Shown piece after piece: positions 47,930 through 57,300 of a DNA stretch of 64,000 nucleotides (position 1 is its first letter; every line of letters begins with the position of its first letter). The translations under genes were made by a program, and so were the position numbers. Source of the stretch: a virus. The notes below the pieces were generated by a model. That model did not search any database. It saw nothing but the letters and a program-made list of their open reading frames with translations, and had not been told where the DNA came from. The stretch is from the IMG/VR virus record IMGVR_UViG_3300028581_000013; one strand, 5' to 3'.

Positions 47930-48319
47930 ATGTTTAAAACTTTAAAAACAATGCCGTTTGATATTAATGACCACAATCCTTCATTAAGAAGGTACGGAAT
48001 AGGATTTCCACATATGGAAGAAACAAAAAAAGACCTTAGTGAAATTCAAAAAGAAAGATGGAAACAAGGCAAATACGATCCAGAAAAATTACGGCTTAGT
48101 CGTATAGGGTTTAAACAACCAGACAGTCAAAAGATATCTGTGGCAGAAAAATTGTCATCTGAATGGATAGTAATTAATCCTAAAGGAGAATCACAGATTA
48201 TAAAAAATTTACAAAAATTTTGCAGAGAAAACGGATTAGACCAAGGAAACATGGTTAAAGTTTCTCAAGGCATAATTAAACAAAACAAAGGTTGGAAGTG
48301 CGTTAAAATAAACACCTAA
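47930..48319 (+). CDS. Homing-endonuclease-derived DNA-binding protein (NUMOD-like) with no visible nuclease domain
   Basis: H.EETK..LS motif and C-terminal P.GE...I.NL..FCRE.GL...GWK; start uncertain. Confidence 0.55.
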   Translation: MFKTLKTMPFDINDHNPSLRRYGIGFPHMEETKKDLSEIQKERWKQGKYDPEKLRLSRIGFKQPDSQKISVAEKLSSEWIVINPKGESQIIKNLQKFCRENGLDQGNMVKVSQGIIKQNKGWKCVKINT

Positions 48320-48351
48320 ATAGTTGTATGTTCAAAGGATTATTTCAATAA

Positions 48352-48882
48352 ATGAGTGCCATTACCAGAACTCCAGAAAATACAGGTTATCTACAACCGT
48401 CAAAGTTTCTCTTAACTTTTGACCGTATACCAAACTGCCAGTATTTCTGTCAATCAGTAAACATACCAGGAATGAGTTTAGGGCAAGCACAAATGACTTC
48501 TCCTATGTTGGATGTTTTTGCACCTGGAAACAAACTGACATATAACCAATTAAATGTTAATTTTCCTGTTGATGCTGCAGTGGTATCATGGAAAGAAATC
48601 CATGAGTGGTTCCGTTCCATCGCATCTCCAGAGGGTTTTCCTGAAAGGAATAGGTTATCAGATCAACAGACCAAGTTTGGTAGTAAAAAACCCAAATATT
48701 ATTCTGATGCCATACTAACGGTATTGTCTGCTTTAAACAATCCTATTGTACGAATTCAATTTATAAATGCATTTCCAGTATCACTATCAGACATCCAGTT
48801 TGATACCAGAATGACGGCTGAAGATATTATTACATGTGATGCCACGTTTGTATATGATTATTTTAATTTTGTAAGTCTATAA
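48352..48882 (+). CDS. gp3: Tail tube terminator gp3-like
   Basis: YL.P..F...I.....FCQ..NIPG, W.EI..W, FP.SLS...F; CTAAATA upstream at about 48316. Confidence 0.85.
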   Translation: MSAITRTPENTGYLQPSKFLLTFDRIPNCQYFCQSVNIPGMSLGQAQMTSPMLDVFAPGNKLTYNQLNVNFPVDAAVVSWKEIHEWFRSIASPEGFPERNRLSDQQTKFGSKKPKYYSDAILTVLSALNNPIVRIQFINAFPVSLSDIQFDTRMTAEDIITCDATFVYDYFNFVSL

Positions 48883-48889
48883 CAACGGC

Positions 48890-48919
48890 TTGACACAATA
48901 ACATAAGCTGTGTTAAAAT
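48890..48919 (+). promoter_or_regulatory. Sigma70-like promoter for uvsY
   Basis: TTGACA-18 bp-TAAAAT with extended -10 TG. Confidence 0.7.
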
Positions 48920-48950
48920 GTAACTTTATAGTTAACTATTTGATTTTATT

Positions 48951-49385
48951 ATGGAAAATTTAGAACAAGTATTGAAGTTTTGGGAAAAAGACGTTGAGAT
49001 GGATCAAACGGAACCCGGTAAAGAACTTTTACGAATACCAATCTTACACAACAAGTACCTCTCCATACTAACAAAACACAAGATTGCCTCTAAAAAGGCA
49101 CACTTTGATTATCTCCGTATGAGAAAAATCAAGTGGGAATACTACACAGGCAAGATGTCCCAAGAGGAACTTCAGGAATACGGTTGGGAACCATTCCAAT
49201 TCACTCTTAAATCTGACATCAGTACCTATCTCGAAGCAGATACCGACCTAATAAAGTTGTTAGAAAAGAAGGTATACCACGAAGAATGTGTATCGGTCAT
49301 CGAATCTATTATGAATGAATTGAAACAAAGAACTTGGCAATTGAGAGATTTTATCTCTTGGGAAAAATTTATAGGAGGCCAGTAA
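48951..49385 (+). CDS. uvsY: Recombination mediator UvsY
   Basis: W.KD, IP.LH.KYL, YY.GK, YL.AD, R.WQ....I.W.KF. Confidence 0.9.
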   Translation: MENLEQVLKFWEKDVEMDQTEPGKELLRIPILHNKYLSILTKHKIASKKAHFDYLRMRKIKWEYYTGKMSQEELQEYGWEPFQFTLKSDISTYLEADTDLIKLLEKKVYHEECVSVIESIMNELKQRTWQLRDFISWEKFIGGQ

Positions 49386-50023
49386 TGTCTTTTCTAGTTG
49401 CAAATATACCACCTGTTAAATGTTTTGTGCGTAAAGAGTTTCTTTACAACCACGAAAAAGGTCATGGTGAATTAGAACCTTGTGTGTGGATAACTGCCAA
49501 GGCCATTAAAGGTCAGGCCTTCCGTATTGAGTGTATGCTAACCGATTACGGTGCGTTGTTTGATAAACTACCTATCTCCGCATATGTTTGGAAACCTGTA
49601 GATGAGTATCTACCATTAGATAATCTACAGATATGGGATTGTCTATCATATGACATGGCAGTAATTGAAAAATCAAATCTACGAGGCCTCAAAGTAAAAT
49701 ACTTTGGCAAAGACCGAGCATTTCATTTTGGTAAATACCTTTTTACAATTGATTTTGCGGCACCAGATTTTAATCGTATTGACACCAGTTTCTCGGAAGG
49801 TGTACAAGAACATAAATCATACAACTTTATTCAATTAGACAACGGCCAATTTGCCTGTCAACCAAACAATCGTTGCCTGTGGTATGACGTATCACTGGTA
49901 CCACCTGTAGTTAAAACTCCTGATTTCAAAATACCAACAGAAGTGTACTCAGTAGAAAACATTTCTAAGTGGAGTGTTGGTACACCTGATTCATGGTTCT
50001 ATAAGTTTGATGAAAAAGAATGA
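49385..50023 (+). CDS. Conserved hypothetical phage protein
   Basis: ATG overlaps the uvsY stop (TAATG); FLVANIPP...VRKEFLY...LPISA...WDC...EHKS.N...NGQFA.QPNNR. Confidence 0.7.
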   Translation: MSFLVANIPPVKCFVRKEFLYNHEKGHGELEPCVWITAKAIKGQAFRIECMLTDYGALFDKLPISAYVWKPVDEYLPLDNLQIWDCLSYDMAVIEKSNLRGLKVKYFGKDRAFHFGKYLFTIDFAAPDFNRIDTSFSEGVQEHKSYNFIQLDNGQFACQPNNRCLWYDVSLVPPVVKTPDFKIPTEVYSVENISKWSVGTPDSWFYKFDEKE

Positions 50024-51507
50024 GTGATTTAATTATATCAAAAAAAGATGAGGTCTATGCCAAGATAACTTGTGAAAAACACATCACAAAAGAATTATCA
50101 GAGTTCTTTACTTTTTTTGTTCCTGGTTATCAATTTGTTCCTGCGTATCGCAATCGAGTTTGGGATGGAAAAATTCGTATGTTTAATTTACAAACGAATC
50201 AAATCTATCTTGGTTTATTACCATACATTGAGGAGTTTTGTAGAGAAAGAGAATATGAGTTTGAATATGGTGATCCAAGGCCGGACGTTGAAGATGAATA
50301 CTCGGTATATCATGCGAAGAAATTCATAGGAGAGTTGAATATTCACGCTCGAGGTGAACCAATTGAAATACGAGAACATCAATTAGATGCATACATTCAT
50401 GCCATGCAAAAACGCCGAGCGTTGTTGGTTTCTCCAACGGCATCTGGCAAATCTCTTATCATCTATCTAATCTTCCGTCAATTACATCAATATCAAAATC
50501 TCAAAGGTCTTATCATTGTTCCTACCACATCTTTGGTTGAACAATTATACTCCGACTTTGGTGATTATAACAATGGTGAAATGACCAAGGTGCATCGTAT
50601 TTACCAAGGTAAAGAAAAAGACACCGACAAGCCACTTACCATTTCTACATGGCAATCTCTGTATAAACTTCCAAAAGAATACTTTCACCAATTTGATTAT
50701 ATCGTTGGTGATGAGGCACATCTATTCAAAGCACAATCACTCACCACAATATTGACCTCCTGTGTTAATGCTAAATATAGGATAGGTCTTACAGGTACAT
50801 TAGATGGTACCAAAACACATAAACTGGTGTTAGAAGGTTTGTTTGGTTCAGTCAAAAAAGTAATTACCACAAGAGAGTTAATTGATAAACAGCAAGTTTC
50901 AGATTTTGAAATTAAGTGTTTAGTTTTAAAACACGATGATGAGATATGTTTACAATTAAAAGATAAAACATACCAAGAAGAAATACAGTATCTAATTGCA
51001 AACGAAAATAGAAATAAATTTATTAAGAATCTTGCAGTTAGCTTAGGTAATAATACATTGATATTGTATCAAATGGTTGACAAACATGGTCAAATACTAT
51101 ATGATATGATTAAGAACACCGAAAAGATTGGTGATCGAAAAGTTTTCTTTGTTCATGGTGGCACCGATACAACAGATAGAGAAGAAATAAGAAGAATAAT
51201 GGAGATAGAAAATGATGCGATTGTTGTGGCATCTTTTGGTACTTTTAGCACTGGTATCAACATTCGCAATCTACACAATATCATCTTTGCAAGTCCTTCT
51301 AAGTCAAGGATTCGTAATCTGCAATCTATCGGTAGAGGATTACGACAAGCTGAAGGAAAAGAAAGAGCAACACTCTATGATATTGCCGATGATTTACGAT
51401 ACAAGAAACACATAAATTTTACATTAAAACATTTTGTTGAACGAATTAAAATTTACACGGAAGAAAAGTTCCCATTCAAAATATATAAAATAGGACTAAA
51501 AAAATGA
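50020..51507 (+). CDS. uvsW: DNA helicase UvsW
   Basis: SPTASGKS, DEAH, GLTGT, STGINI, QSIGR.LR. Confidence 0.96.
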   Translation: MSDLIISKKDEVYAKITCEKHITKELSEFFTFFVPGYQFVPAYRNRVWDGKIRMFNLQTNQIYLGLLPYIEEFCREREYEFEYGDPRPDVEDEYSVYHAKKFIGELNIHARGEPIEIREHQLDAYIHAMQKRRALLVSPTASGKSLIIYLIFRQLHQYQNLKGLIIVPTTSLVEQLYSDFGDYNNGEMTKVHRIYQGKEKDTDKPLTISTWQSLYKLPKEYFHQFDYIVGDEAHLFKAQSLTTILTSCVNAKYRIGLTGTLDGTKTHKLVLEGLFGSVKKVITTRELIDKQQVSDFEIKCLVLKHDDEICLQLKDKTYQEEIQYLIANENRNKFIKNLAVSLGNNTLILYQMVDKHGQILYDMIKNTEKIGDRKVFFVHGGTDTTDREEIRRIMEIENDAIVVASFGTFSTGINIRNLHNIIFASPSKSRIRNLQSIGRGLRQAEGKERATLYDIADDLRYKKHINFTLKHFVERIKIYTEEKFPFKIYKIGLKK

Positions 51508-51884
51508 ACACAATAAAAATAGTTCGATTAAAGAGTGGTGAAGATATTATTGGTAATGTAACCGCCAATGGTATTCAATATTATGACATTGACGAACCAA
51601 TGGCATTTGAGGTTGATTACCGTGGTAATCATTCTGGTTTAGTTATGAGGCATTGGCTGCCAGTTCAACTGCTTAAGAAAAATCAAATTCAATTAAACGC
51701 TCATGATGTTCTTTGTGTTTTAGAACCAGACGATGAATTCTCCGAATATTACCTTAGTACTGTGGAAAAAGTTAATCGATTGTTAGAGGCAAAAGCTTCA
51801 GTAAAGGATATGACCGATGATGAAATACAAGAAATTGTTGATGAATTTAATACGATGAACCAAGGTAATGATACATTACATTAA
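51504..51884 (+). CDS. Conserved hypothetical protein (Sm-like fold) between uvsW and gp55
   Basis: IVRLKSGEDII...P...W motif; usual T4-like synteny. Confidence 0.65.
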   Translation: MNTIKIVRLKSGEDIIGNVTANGIQYYDIDEPMAFEVDYRGNHSGLVMRHWLPVQLLKKNQIQLNAHDVLCVLEPDDEFSEYYLSTVEKVNRLLEAKASVKDMTDDEIQEIVDEFNTMNQGNDTLH

Positions 51885-51954
51885 TACTTTAAACCAGGAC
51901 ATACTCGACTTTACACTCTTGTCAAGCAAATGTCAATAACTTTATGTGGTAAAC

Positions 51955-52491
51955 ATGGCAACTAAACAAAAACATTATATAAACAATGCTGATTTTTTAC
52001 AGGCTTTAATTGACTATAAATTGGCACAGAAGGAAGCTAAGAAGAACAAATTGCCTCCTCCACCCATTCCTAATTACATTGGTGAGTGCTTTATGAAGAT
52101 AGCAGAAGGTTTATCACACAAACCCAACTTCATTAATTACACTTACCGTGATGAAATGATGTCAGATGGTATTGAAAATTGTTTAATGTACTTTGATAAT
52201 TTTGATCCAAACAAATCTAAAAATCCATTTGCCTACTTTACACAGATTATCTATTATGCTTTTTTACGTAGAATTGGTAAAGAAAAGAAACAACTATATG
52301 TTAAATATAAAGCCACAGAACAAATGGGTATTTTGGATGAATTTGAAATGATGGAATTTGAAGATGGCACTTCAAGGCAGTTTGAACTGTATGATAATAT
52401 TGCCGAGTTTATAGAAACTTATGAATCAGCCAAGGCAAATAAAAAAACGGTGAATAAGCCAAAAGGTATTGAAAAGTTTATAGGAGAGTGA
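51955..52491 (+). CDS. gp55: Late-transcription sigma factor gp55
   Basis: HYINN..F, YIG.CF.KIA..LS..PNF.NY.YR.EM..DGIENC, NPFAYFTQI. Confidence 0.96.
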   Translation: MATKQKHYINNADFLQALIDYKLAQKEAKKNKLPPPPIPNYIGECFMKIAEGLSHKPNFINYTYRDEMMSDGIENCLMYFDNFDPNKSKNPFAYFTQIIYYAFLRRIGKEKKQLYVKYKATEQMGILDEFEMMEFEDGTSRQFELYDNIAEFIETYESAKANKKTVNKPKGIEKFIGE

Positions 52492-52495
52492 TATA

Positions 52496-52663
52496 ATGTA
52501 CAAAGTTTGTTATTACCCAACACAATCAGAAACAGTTGTGTTTTTTAAATGGTTTAAAACATTACAAGATGCTGCCTTTTTTGCTGGCAACAAACCTAAT
52601 GAATCCGTACTTGAGATAAAATATTATGATGACAATGAACATAGAAAACCAAACCGAAACTAA
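52496..52663 (+). CDS. 55-aa hypothetical protein (absent from ORF track)
   Basis: ATG 52496 after AGGAG; MYKVCYYPTQ...RN*. Confidence 0.5.
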   Translation: MYKVCYYPTQSETVVFFKWFKTLQDAAFFAGNKPNESVLEIKYYDDNEHRKPNRN

Positions 52664-53414
52664 AAAGATTATTGTTGTATCTGGTGGATTTGATCCACTA
52701 CATTCTGGCCATATTGCTTATTTGAATGAAGCCAAAAGCCTTGGCGACATTCTTGTTGTTGGTATTAATAGTGATGAGTGGTTGATTCGTAAAAAAGGCA
52801 AAGCCTTTATGAATTGGCACGACCGGTCTAAAATAATAAAAGCACTTAAATCTGTTGACTATGTTGTTAATTTTGATGACACAGATGATAGTGCAATTAG
52901 ACTATTAGATACAGTAAAGAAAACATGGCGTGATAACAATACTATATTCATATTTGCAAATGGTGGTGACAGAACTAAAGACAACATACCAGAAATGTCT
53001 GTTGATGGTGTTGAATTTGTTTTTGGTGTTGGTGGTCAAATCAAGTTAAATTCTTCTTCAAATTTATTGAACGAATGGAAATCTCCTAAAACAAAAAGAC
53101 CTTGGGGATTCTATCGTGTATTATATGAAACACCAAATACCAAAGTTAAGGAATTGGTTGTGGATCCTGGCCAATCTCTAACAATGCAAAGGCACCAATA
53201 TAGAAATGAACATTGGCATGTTGTTGAAGGAGAAGCAACAGTCATTGAAGAAAGAGCAAGTTCAAATTCAAAAAACATCTATTACAAACATAATACTGTA
53301 CACGTACCAATTAATGTCTGGCATCAATTACAAAACAATTCAAGTGAGCCTTTAAAAATTATAGAGATTCAGTATGGTGAAAAATGTGAAGAAGAAGATA
53401 TTGAGAGAAAATGA
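52626..53414 (+). CDS. Cytidylyltransferase-like (RfaE-type) domain fused to cupin (PMI type II C-terminal-like)
   Basis: SGGFDPLHSGH, FANGGDR; RPWG.Y, PGQSL..Q.H..R.EHW.VV.G, IEIQYG...EEDI.R. Confidence 0.85.
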   Translation: MMTMNIENQTETKKIIVVSGGFDPLHSGHIAYLNEAKSLGDILVVGINSDEWLIRKKGKAFMNWHDRSKIIKALKSVDYVVNFDDTDDSAIRLLDTVKKTWRDNNTIFIFANGGDRTKDNIPEMSVDGVEFVFGVGGQIKLNSSSNLLNEWKSPKTKRPWGFYRVLYETPNTKVKELVVDPGQSLTMQRHQYRNEHWHVVEGEATVIEERASSNSKNIYYKHNTVHVPINVWHQLQNNSSEPLKIIEIQYGEKCEEEDIERK

Positions 53415-54481
53415 AAATAGCTATTATAACTGACCAACATTTTGGTGCTCGTAATGATTCAATACATTTTTTAGATTATTATGAAAAATTTTATCGGGAC
53501 ACTTTTTTTACCACAATTGATGAGAACGGTATTGATACTGTTCTTATTTTAGGTGATACATTTGATCGCAGAAAGTATATAAACTTTTTTACACTCAAGC
53601 GTTCAAGAGAAATGTTCTTTGATAAGTTGTATGCAAAAGGCATACAGGTACATATGTTGGCTGGCAACCACGATACCTATTTTAAAAATACCAATGATGT
53701 GAACTCGGTTGATTTGCTGTTGCAAGAATACAGCAACATTAATGTAATTTCAAAACCAACCATTATTAATGTGAAGAATACAAATATCTGTATGGTACCT
53801 TGGGTTTGTCCTGAGAATTATAATGACTGTATGTCAGTTATATCTGATACCAATGCTGATATCTGTATGGGACACTTTGAAATTCAAGGCTTCGCTATGC
53901 ATCGTGGTATGCCAAGTCAAGAAGGATTAAGTCGTGAGTTATTCAGAAAGTTTGATTTTACTTTTAGCGGTCACTATCATCATCGGAGTTCATCTGACGG
54001 TATACATTATCTTGGAAACCCCTATGAACTTACTTGGCAAGATTATAATGACACTAGAGGTTTTCATCTTTTTGACCTTAGCACTCGGAGTCTTGATTTT
54101 ATAAAAAACCCAAATGTAATGTTTCATAGAATTGTTTATGATGATAAAGTGGAATCAATTACCGAAATCAATAATAAAGACTTGAGCAAGTATACCAATA
54201 CCTATGTTAAAGTTGTGGTAATTAATAAAACAAACCCCTATTTGTTTGACAAGTTCATGAACAATCTGTATAATGTAAATCCTGTTGATATTACCATTGC
54301 AGAAGATTTTACAGACTTGACAGAAGGTGTAGAAGATGATATGGTGGATCAAGCGGAAGATACTATTACAATTATTAATAAGTTTGTAGATGGTATTCAA
54401 GAAGAACACATTGATAATGAAAAGCTAAAAACAGTAATGCGTGAATTATATGTTGAGGCATTGAACCAAGAACAGGCATGA
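53411..54481 (+). CDS. gp47: Recombination endonuclease gp47 (Mre11-like)
   Basis: TDQHFG, GD.FD.RK, GNHD, SGHYH. Confidence 0.95.
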   Translation: MKIAIITDQHFGARNDSIHFLDYYEKFYRDTFFTTIDENGIDTVLILGDTFDRRKYINFFTLKRSREMFFDKLYAKGIQVHMLAGNHDTYFKNTNDVNSVDLLLQEYSNINVISKPTIINVKNTNICMVPWVCPENYNDCMSVISDTNADICMGHFEIQGFAMHRGMPSQEGLSRELFRKFDFTFSGHYHHRSSSDGIHYLGNPYELTWQDYNDTRGFHLFDLSTRSLDFIKNPNVMFHRIVYDDKVESITEINNKDLSKYTNTYVKVVVINKTNPYLFDKFMNNLYNVNPVDITIAEDFTDLTEGVEDDMVDQAEDTITIINKFVDGIQEEHIDNEKLKTVMRELYVEALNQEQA

Positions 54482-56193
54482 TTAAATTTGAAAAAGTCCG
54501 TTGGAAGAATTTTCTTTCAACAGGATTAAACTTTACTGAAATCAATCTAACCAAATCACCAAATACACTTATCATTGGTAATAATGGTGCAGGTAAATCT
54601 ACGATACTGGATGCCTTGTGTTTTGGTCTCTTTGGTAAACCATTTCGTAAAATCAATAAACCACAATTACCAAATTCTATCAACCAAGCGGACTGCATTG
54701 TTGAGATTGAGTTTTCTATTGGTAAAAAACAATACAAAGTAATTCGAGGTATCAAACCAAATACATTTGAAGTGTATTGTAATGGCATAATGGTTGACCA
54801 AGATGCCAAAGCTAAAGACTATCAAGAACACTTAGAGAAGTTTATTCTCAAATTAAACTATAAATCATTTACTCAAGTGGTAATTCTTGGTTCAGCTTCG
54901 TTTGTTCCGTTCATGCAATTATCACCAGCAGACCGTAGAGCCATTATTGAGGACTTACTAGACATTCAAATCTTTTCGTCTATGAATGGTGTGGTTAAAG
55001 AGAAAATGGCCACCATAAAAGATACCTCCACCAAAAACAAATATGAAATGGATTTGACATCTGAGAAGATTAATTTTCAAAAACAAAGTATTGAAGAACA
55101 CCGAAAACATAATGATGCCGAGATTGAAAAAAAACAAAAAGATATTACAGATTCAGAAAAACAGGTCAAGAAGTTGAACAAAGATATTGGATTGATTCAG
55201 AAACACATTGATGTGTTGAATAGTAAGATATCGGATCAAATGGCCATGCAAAAAAAGAGTGGCAAACTGGTTCAATTAGAATCTAAACTAGAATCTCGTT
55301 TAAAGAAGATTGAAAAAGAAGTTGGATTCTACCATGATAATAGTGATTGTCCCACTTGCAAACAAGGCATAGAACAAGAATTTAGGGAACAACAAATTAC
55401 CACACTAAACAACACCAAGGTTGAAGTTAATGATGCACTAACAGGTATAGCAAAACAGATTGCTGAAACAAGTGATAGAATTGATGCCATACAGAAAATA
55501 ATTCAACACATACAGGCACATAATAATGAAATAGTCAAACACAATTCTACTATTACAGCAGTAAATAGTTTTATTGGTAAATTACAAAATGAAATTAATG
55601 ATTTATCTAATCGTAAAGATAACCTAGAAGAAGAAAATGCCAAACTAAGAGAACTCAGAACACATTTGGCTGAATTGATTACCAAACGAGAAGAACTATC
55701 TACAGAAAAACAATATTATGAATTTGCTGGCAACTTGTTAAAAGATACTGGTATTAAAACAAAGATTATTCGCCAATACTTACCTATTATGAATAAACTA
55801 ATTAATAAGTATTTGACAGCCATGGACTTCTTTGTGAACTTCAATATCAATGAATCGTTTGAAGAAACAATTAAATCAAGGCACCGTGATGAATTTAGTT
55901 ATGCCAACTTTTCAGAAGGTGAAAAAATGCGAATCGATTTGGCACTATTGTTTACATGGCGACAGATTGCCAAATTAAAGAATAGCACAAACACCAATCT
56001 ATTGATTCTCGATGAGGTATTCGATTCTTCTTTAGATGGTGTTGGCACAGAAGAATTTTTAAAACTAATTCATGAGATGGGCAACGATACAAACATATTT
56101 GTTATATCACATAAAGGTGACCAACTATTTGATAAGTTTAGGTCAATCATTAAATTTGAAAAGAAAAACAATTTCAGTCAGGTGGCAAAATGA
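54478..56193 (+). CDS. gp46: Recombination ATPase gp46 (Rad50-like)
   Basis: GNNGAGKST, CPTC hook, FSEGEK, LDEVFDSSLD. Confidence 0.96.
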   Translation: MIKFEKVRWKNFLSTGLNFTEINLTKSPNTLIIGNNGAGKSTILDALCFGLFGKPFRKINKPQLPNSINQADCIVEIEFSIGKKQYKVIRGIKPNTFEVYCNGIMVDQDAKAKDYQEHLEKFILKLNYKSFTQVVILGSASFVPFMQLSPADRRAIIEDLLDIQIFSSMNGVVKEKMATIKDTSTKNKYEMDLTSEKINFQKQSIEEHRKHNDAEIEKKQKDITDSEKQVKKLNKDIGLIQKHIDVLNSKISDQMAMQKKSGKLVQLESKLESRLKKIEKEVGFYHDNSDCPTCKQGIEQEFREQQITTLNNTKVEVNDALTGIAKQIAETSDRIDAIQKIIQHIQAHNNEIVKHNSTITAVNSFIGKLQNEINDLSNRKDNLEEENAKLRELRTHLAELITKREELSTEKQYYEFAGNLLKDTGIKTKIIRQYLPIMNKLINKYLTAMDFFVNFNINESFEETIKSRHRDEFSYANFSEGEKMRIDLALLFTWRQIAKLKNSTNTNLLILDEVFDSSLDGVGTEEFLKLIHEMGNDTNIFVISHKGDQLFDKFRSIIKFEKKNNFSQVAK

Positions 56194-56735
56194 GTATATT
56201 AAGAGATTATACAAACGCTAAACATAGAGAAGCAGAAGCAAAACCATTTGTTCAGTACCTATTACATGGTAATATTACACCAGAACATTATGCTTTGTAT
56301 TTAAAACAGATGTCGGTTATATATGGTGCAATAGAATATTTTGCAGAAATGTCTTTATTATTACTTGATTTAAAGGACATAAAAAGAAAAGATTATATTT
56401 ACGAAGATTTGTATGAACTTGGCCATACAACATTCGAACCTACGTTATCAGCAACAGAAAAATATAGACAAAGGATAATTGATTTATATTATTTGGATAA
56501 GAAAAAAGATATCTTTGCTCATGTGTATGTTCGTCATATGGGTGATTTATATGGGGGTAAAGCAATTGCTAAACGAGTTCCTGGTTCTGGTAAAGCATAT
56601 CAATTTGAAGATCGACCAGGATTAATCAAAGCAATTGATTCAAAATTGAGCTTAGATTTGGTCGATGAGGCTTTAATAGGTTTTGACCTTTCTATGGGTG
56701 TATTTGATGAATTGCAGGAGAAAATAAATGAGTGA
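56190..56735 (+). CDS. Heme oxygenase
   Basis: LR..T...H..AE (proximal His) and H.YVR.MGDL.GG distal-helix motif. Confidence 0.88.
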   Translation: MSILRDYTNAKHREAEAKPFVQYLLHGNITPEHYALYLKQMSVIYGAIEYFAEMSLLLLDLKDIKRKDYIYEDLYELGHTTFEPTLSATEKYRQRIIDLYYLDKKKDIFAHVYVRHMGDLYGGKAIAKRVPGSGKAYQFEDRPGLIKAIDSKLSLDLVDEALIGFDLSMGVFDELQEKINE

Positions 56736-57300
56736 AATTTTTAAGTATGATACAGAAGTAGCTTCCAAAGTTGAAGTAAAAAAACAACAATCGAAATATT
56801 TTAAATTGGTAAATGAAAACGATCCAATTTTAAAACAGGTATTACCACAATTTGATTTTAAAAATCCTCCCGTTAATCCAGAAGAATTTGTGGAGTCTTT
56901 AGCCGAAACCTGTAAACTTCATCGTGGTATTGGACTGTCAGCAAATCAATGTGGATTTTCATATCGTGTATTTGTAATGGGTGCCGGAGATGAATATGTG
57001 GCATATTTTAATCCTAAGATAACGGCAAAAACCGAAGAAGAAGTTCACATGATAGAAGGTTGTTTATCTTTTCCTTTTTTAGGTTTAAGGATTACCAGAC
57101 CAAAAGAAATTATGGTTGAATACCAGAATTATCATGGAGAAATAAAACAGGCAAAATTTGATGGCATATCTGCTCGTTGTTTTCAACATGAGCTTGACCA
57201 CATGAATGGTATCGTGTATACTAGTCATACAAAGCCAATGGCTTTACAGTCAGGTATGAATAAAAGAAATAAAATCATGAGAAAGTTGAAACTCAAATAA
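56728..57300 (+). CDS. def: Peptide deformylase
   Basis: GIGLSANQ.G, EGCLS and QHE.DH motifs. Confidence 0.95.
   Translation: MSEIFKYDTEVASKVEVKKQQSKYFKLVNENDPILKQVLPQFDFKNPPVNPEEFVESLAETCKLHRGIGLSANQCGFSYRVFVMGAGDEYVAYFNPKITAKTEEEVHMIEGCLSFPFLGLRITRPKEIMVEYQNYHGEIKQAKFDGISARCFQHELDHMNGIVYTSHTKPMALQSGMNKRNKIMRKLKLK

Noticed and set aside
37438-51507. Inteins or introns in gp17, gp20, gp23 or uvsW
   Set aside because: Lengths are ordinary and no splicing motifs or frame breaks were seen.
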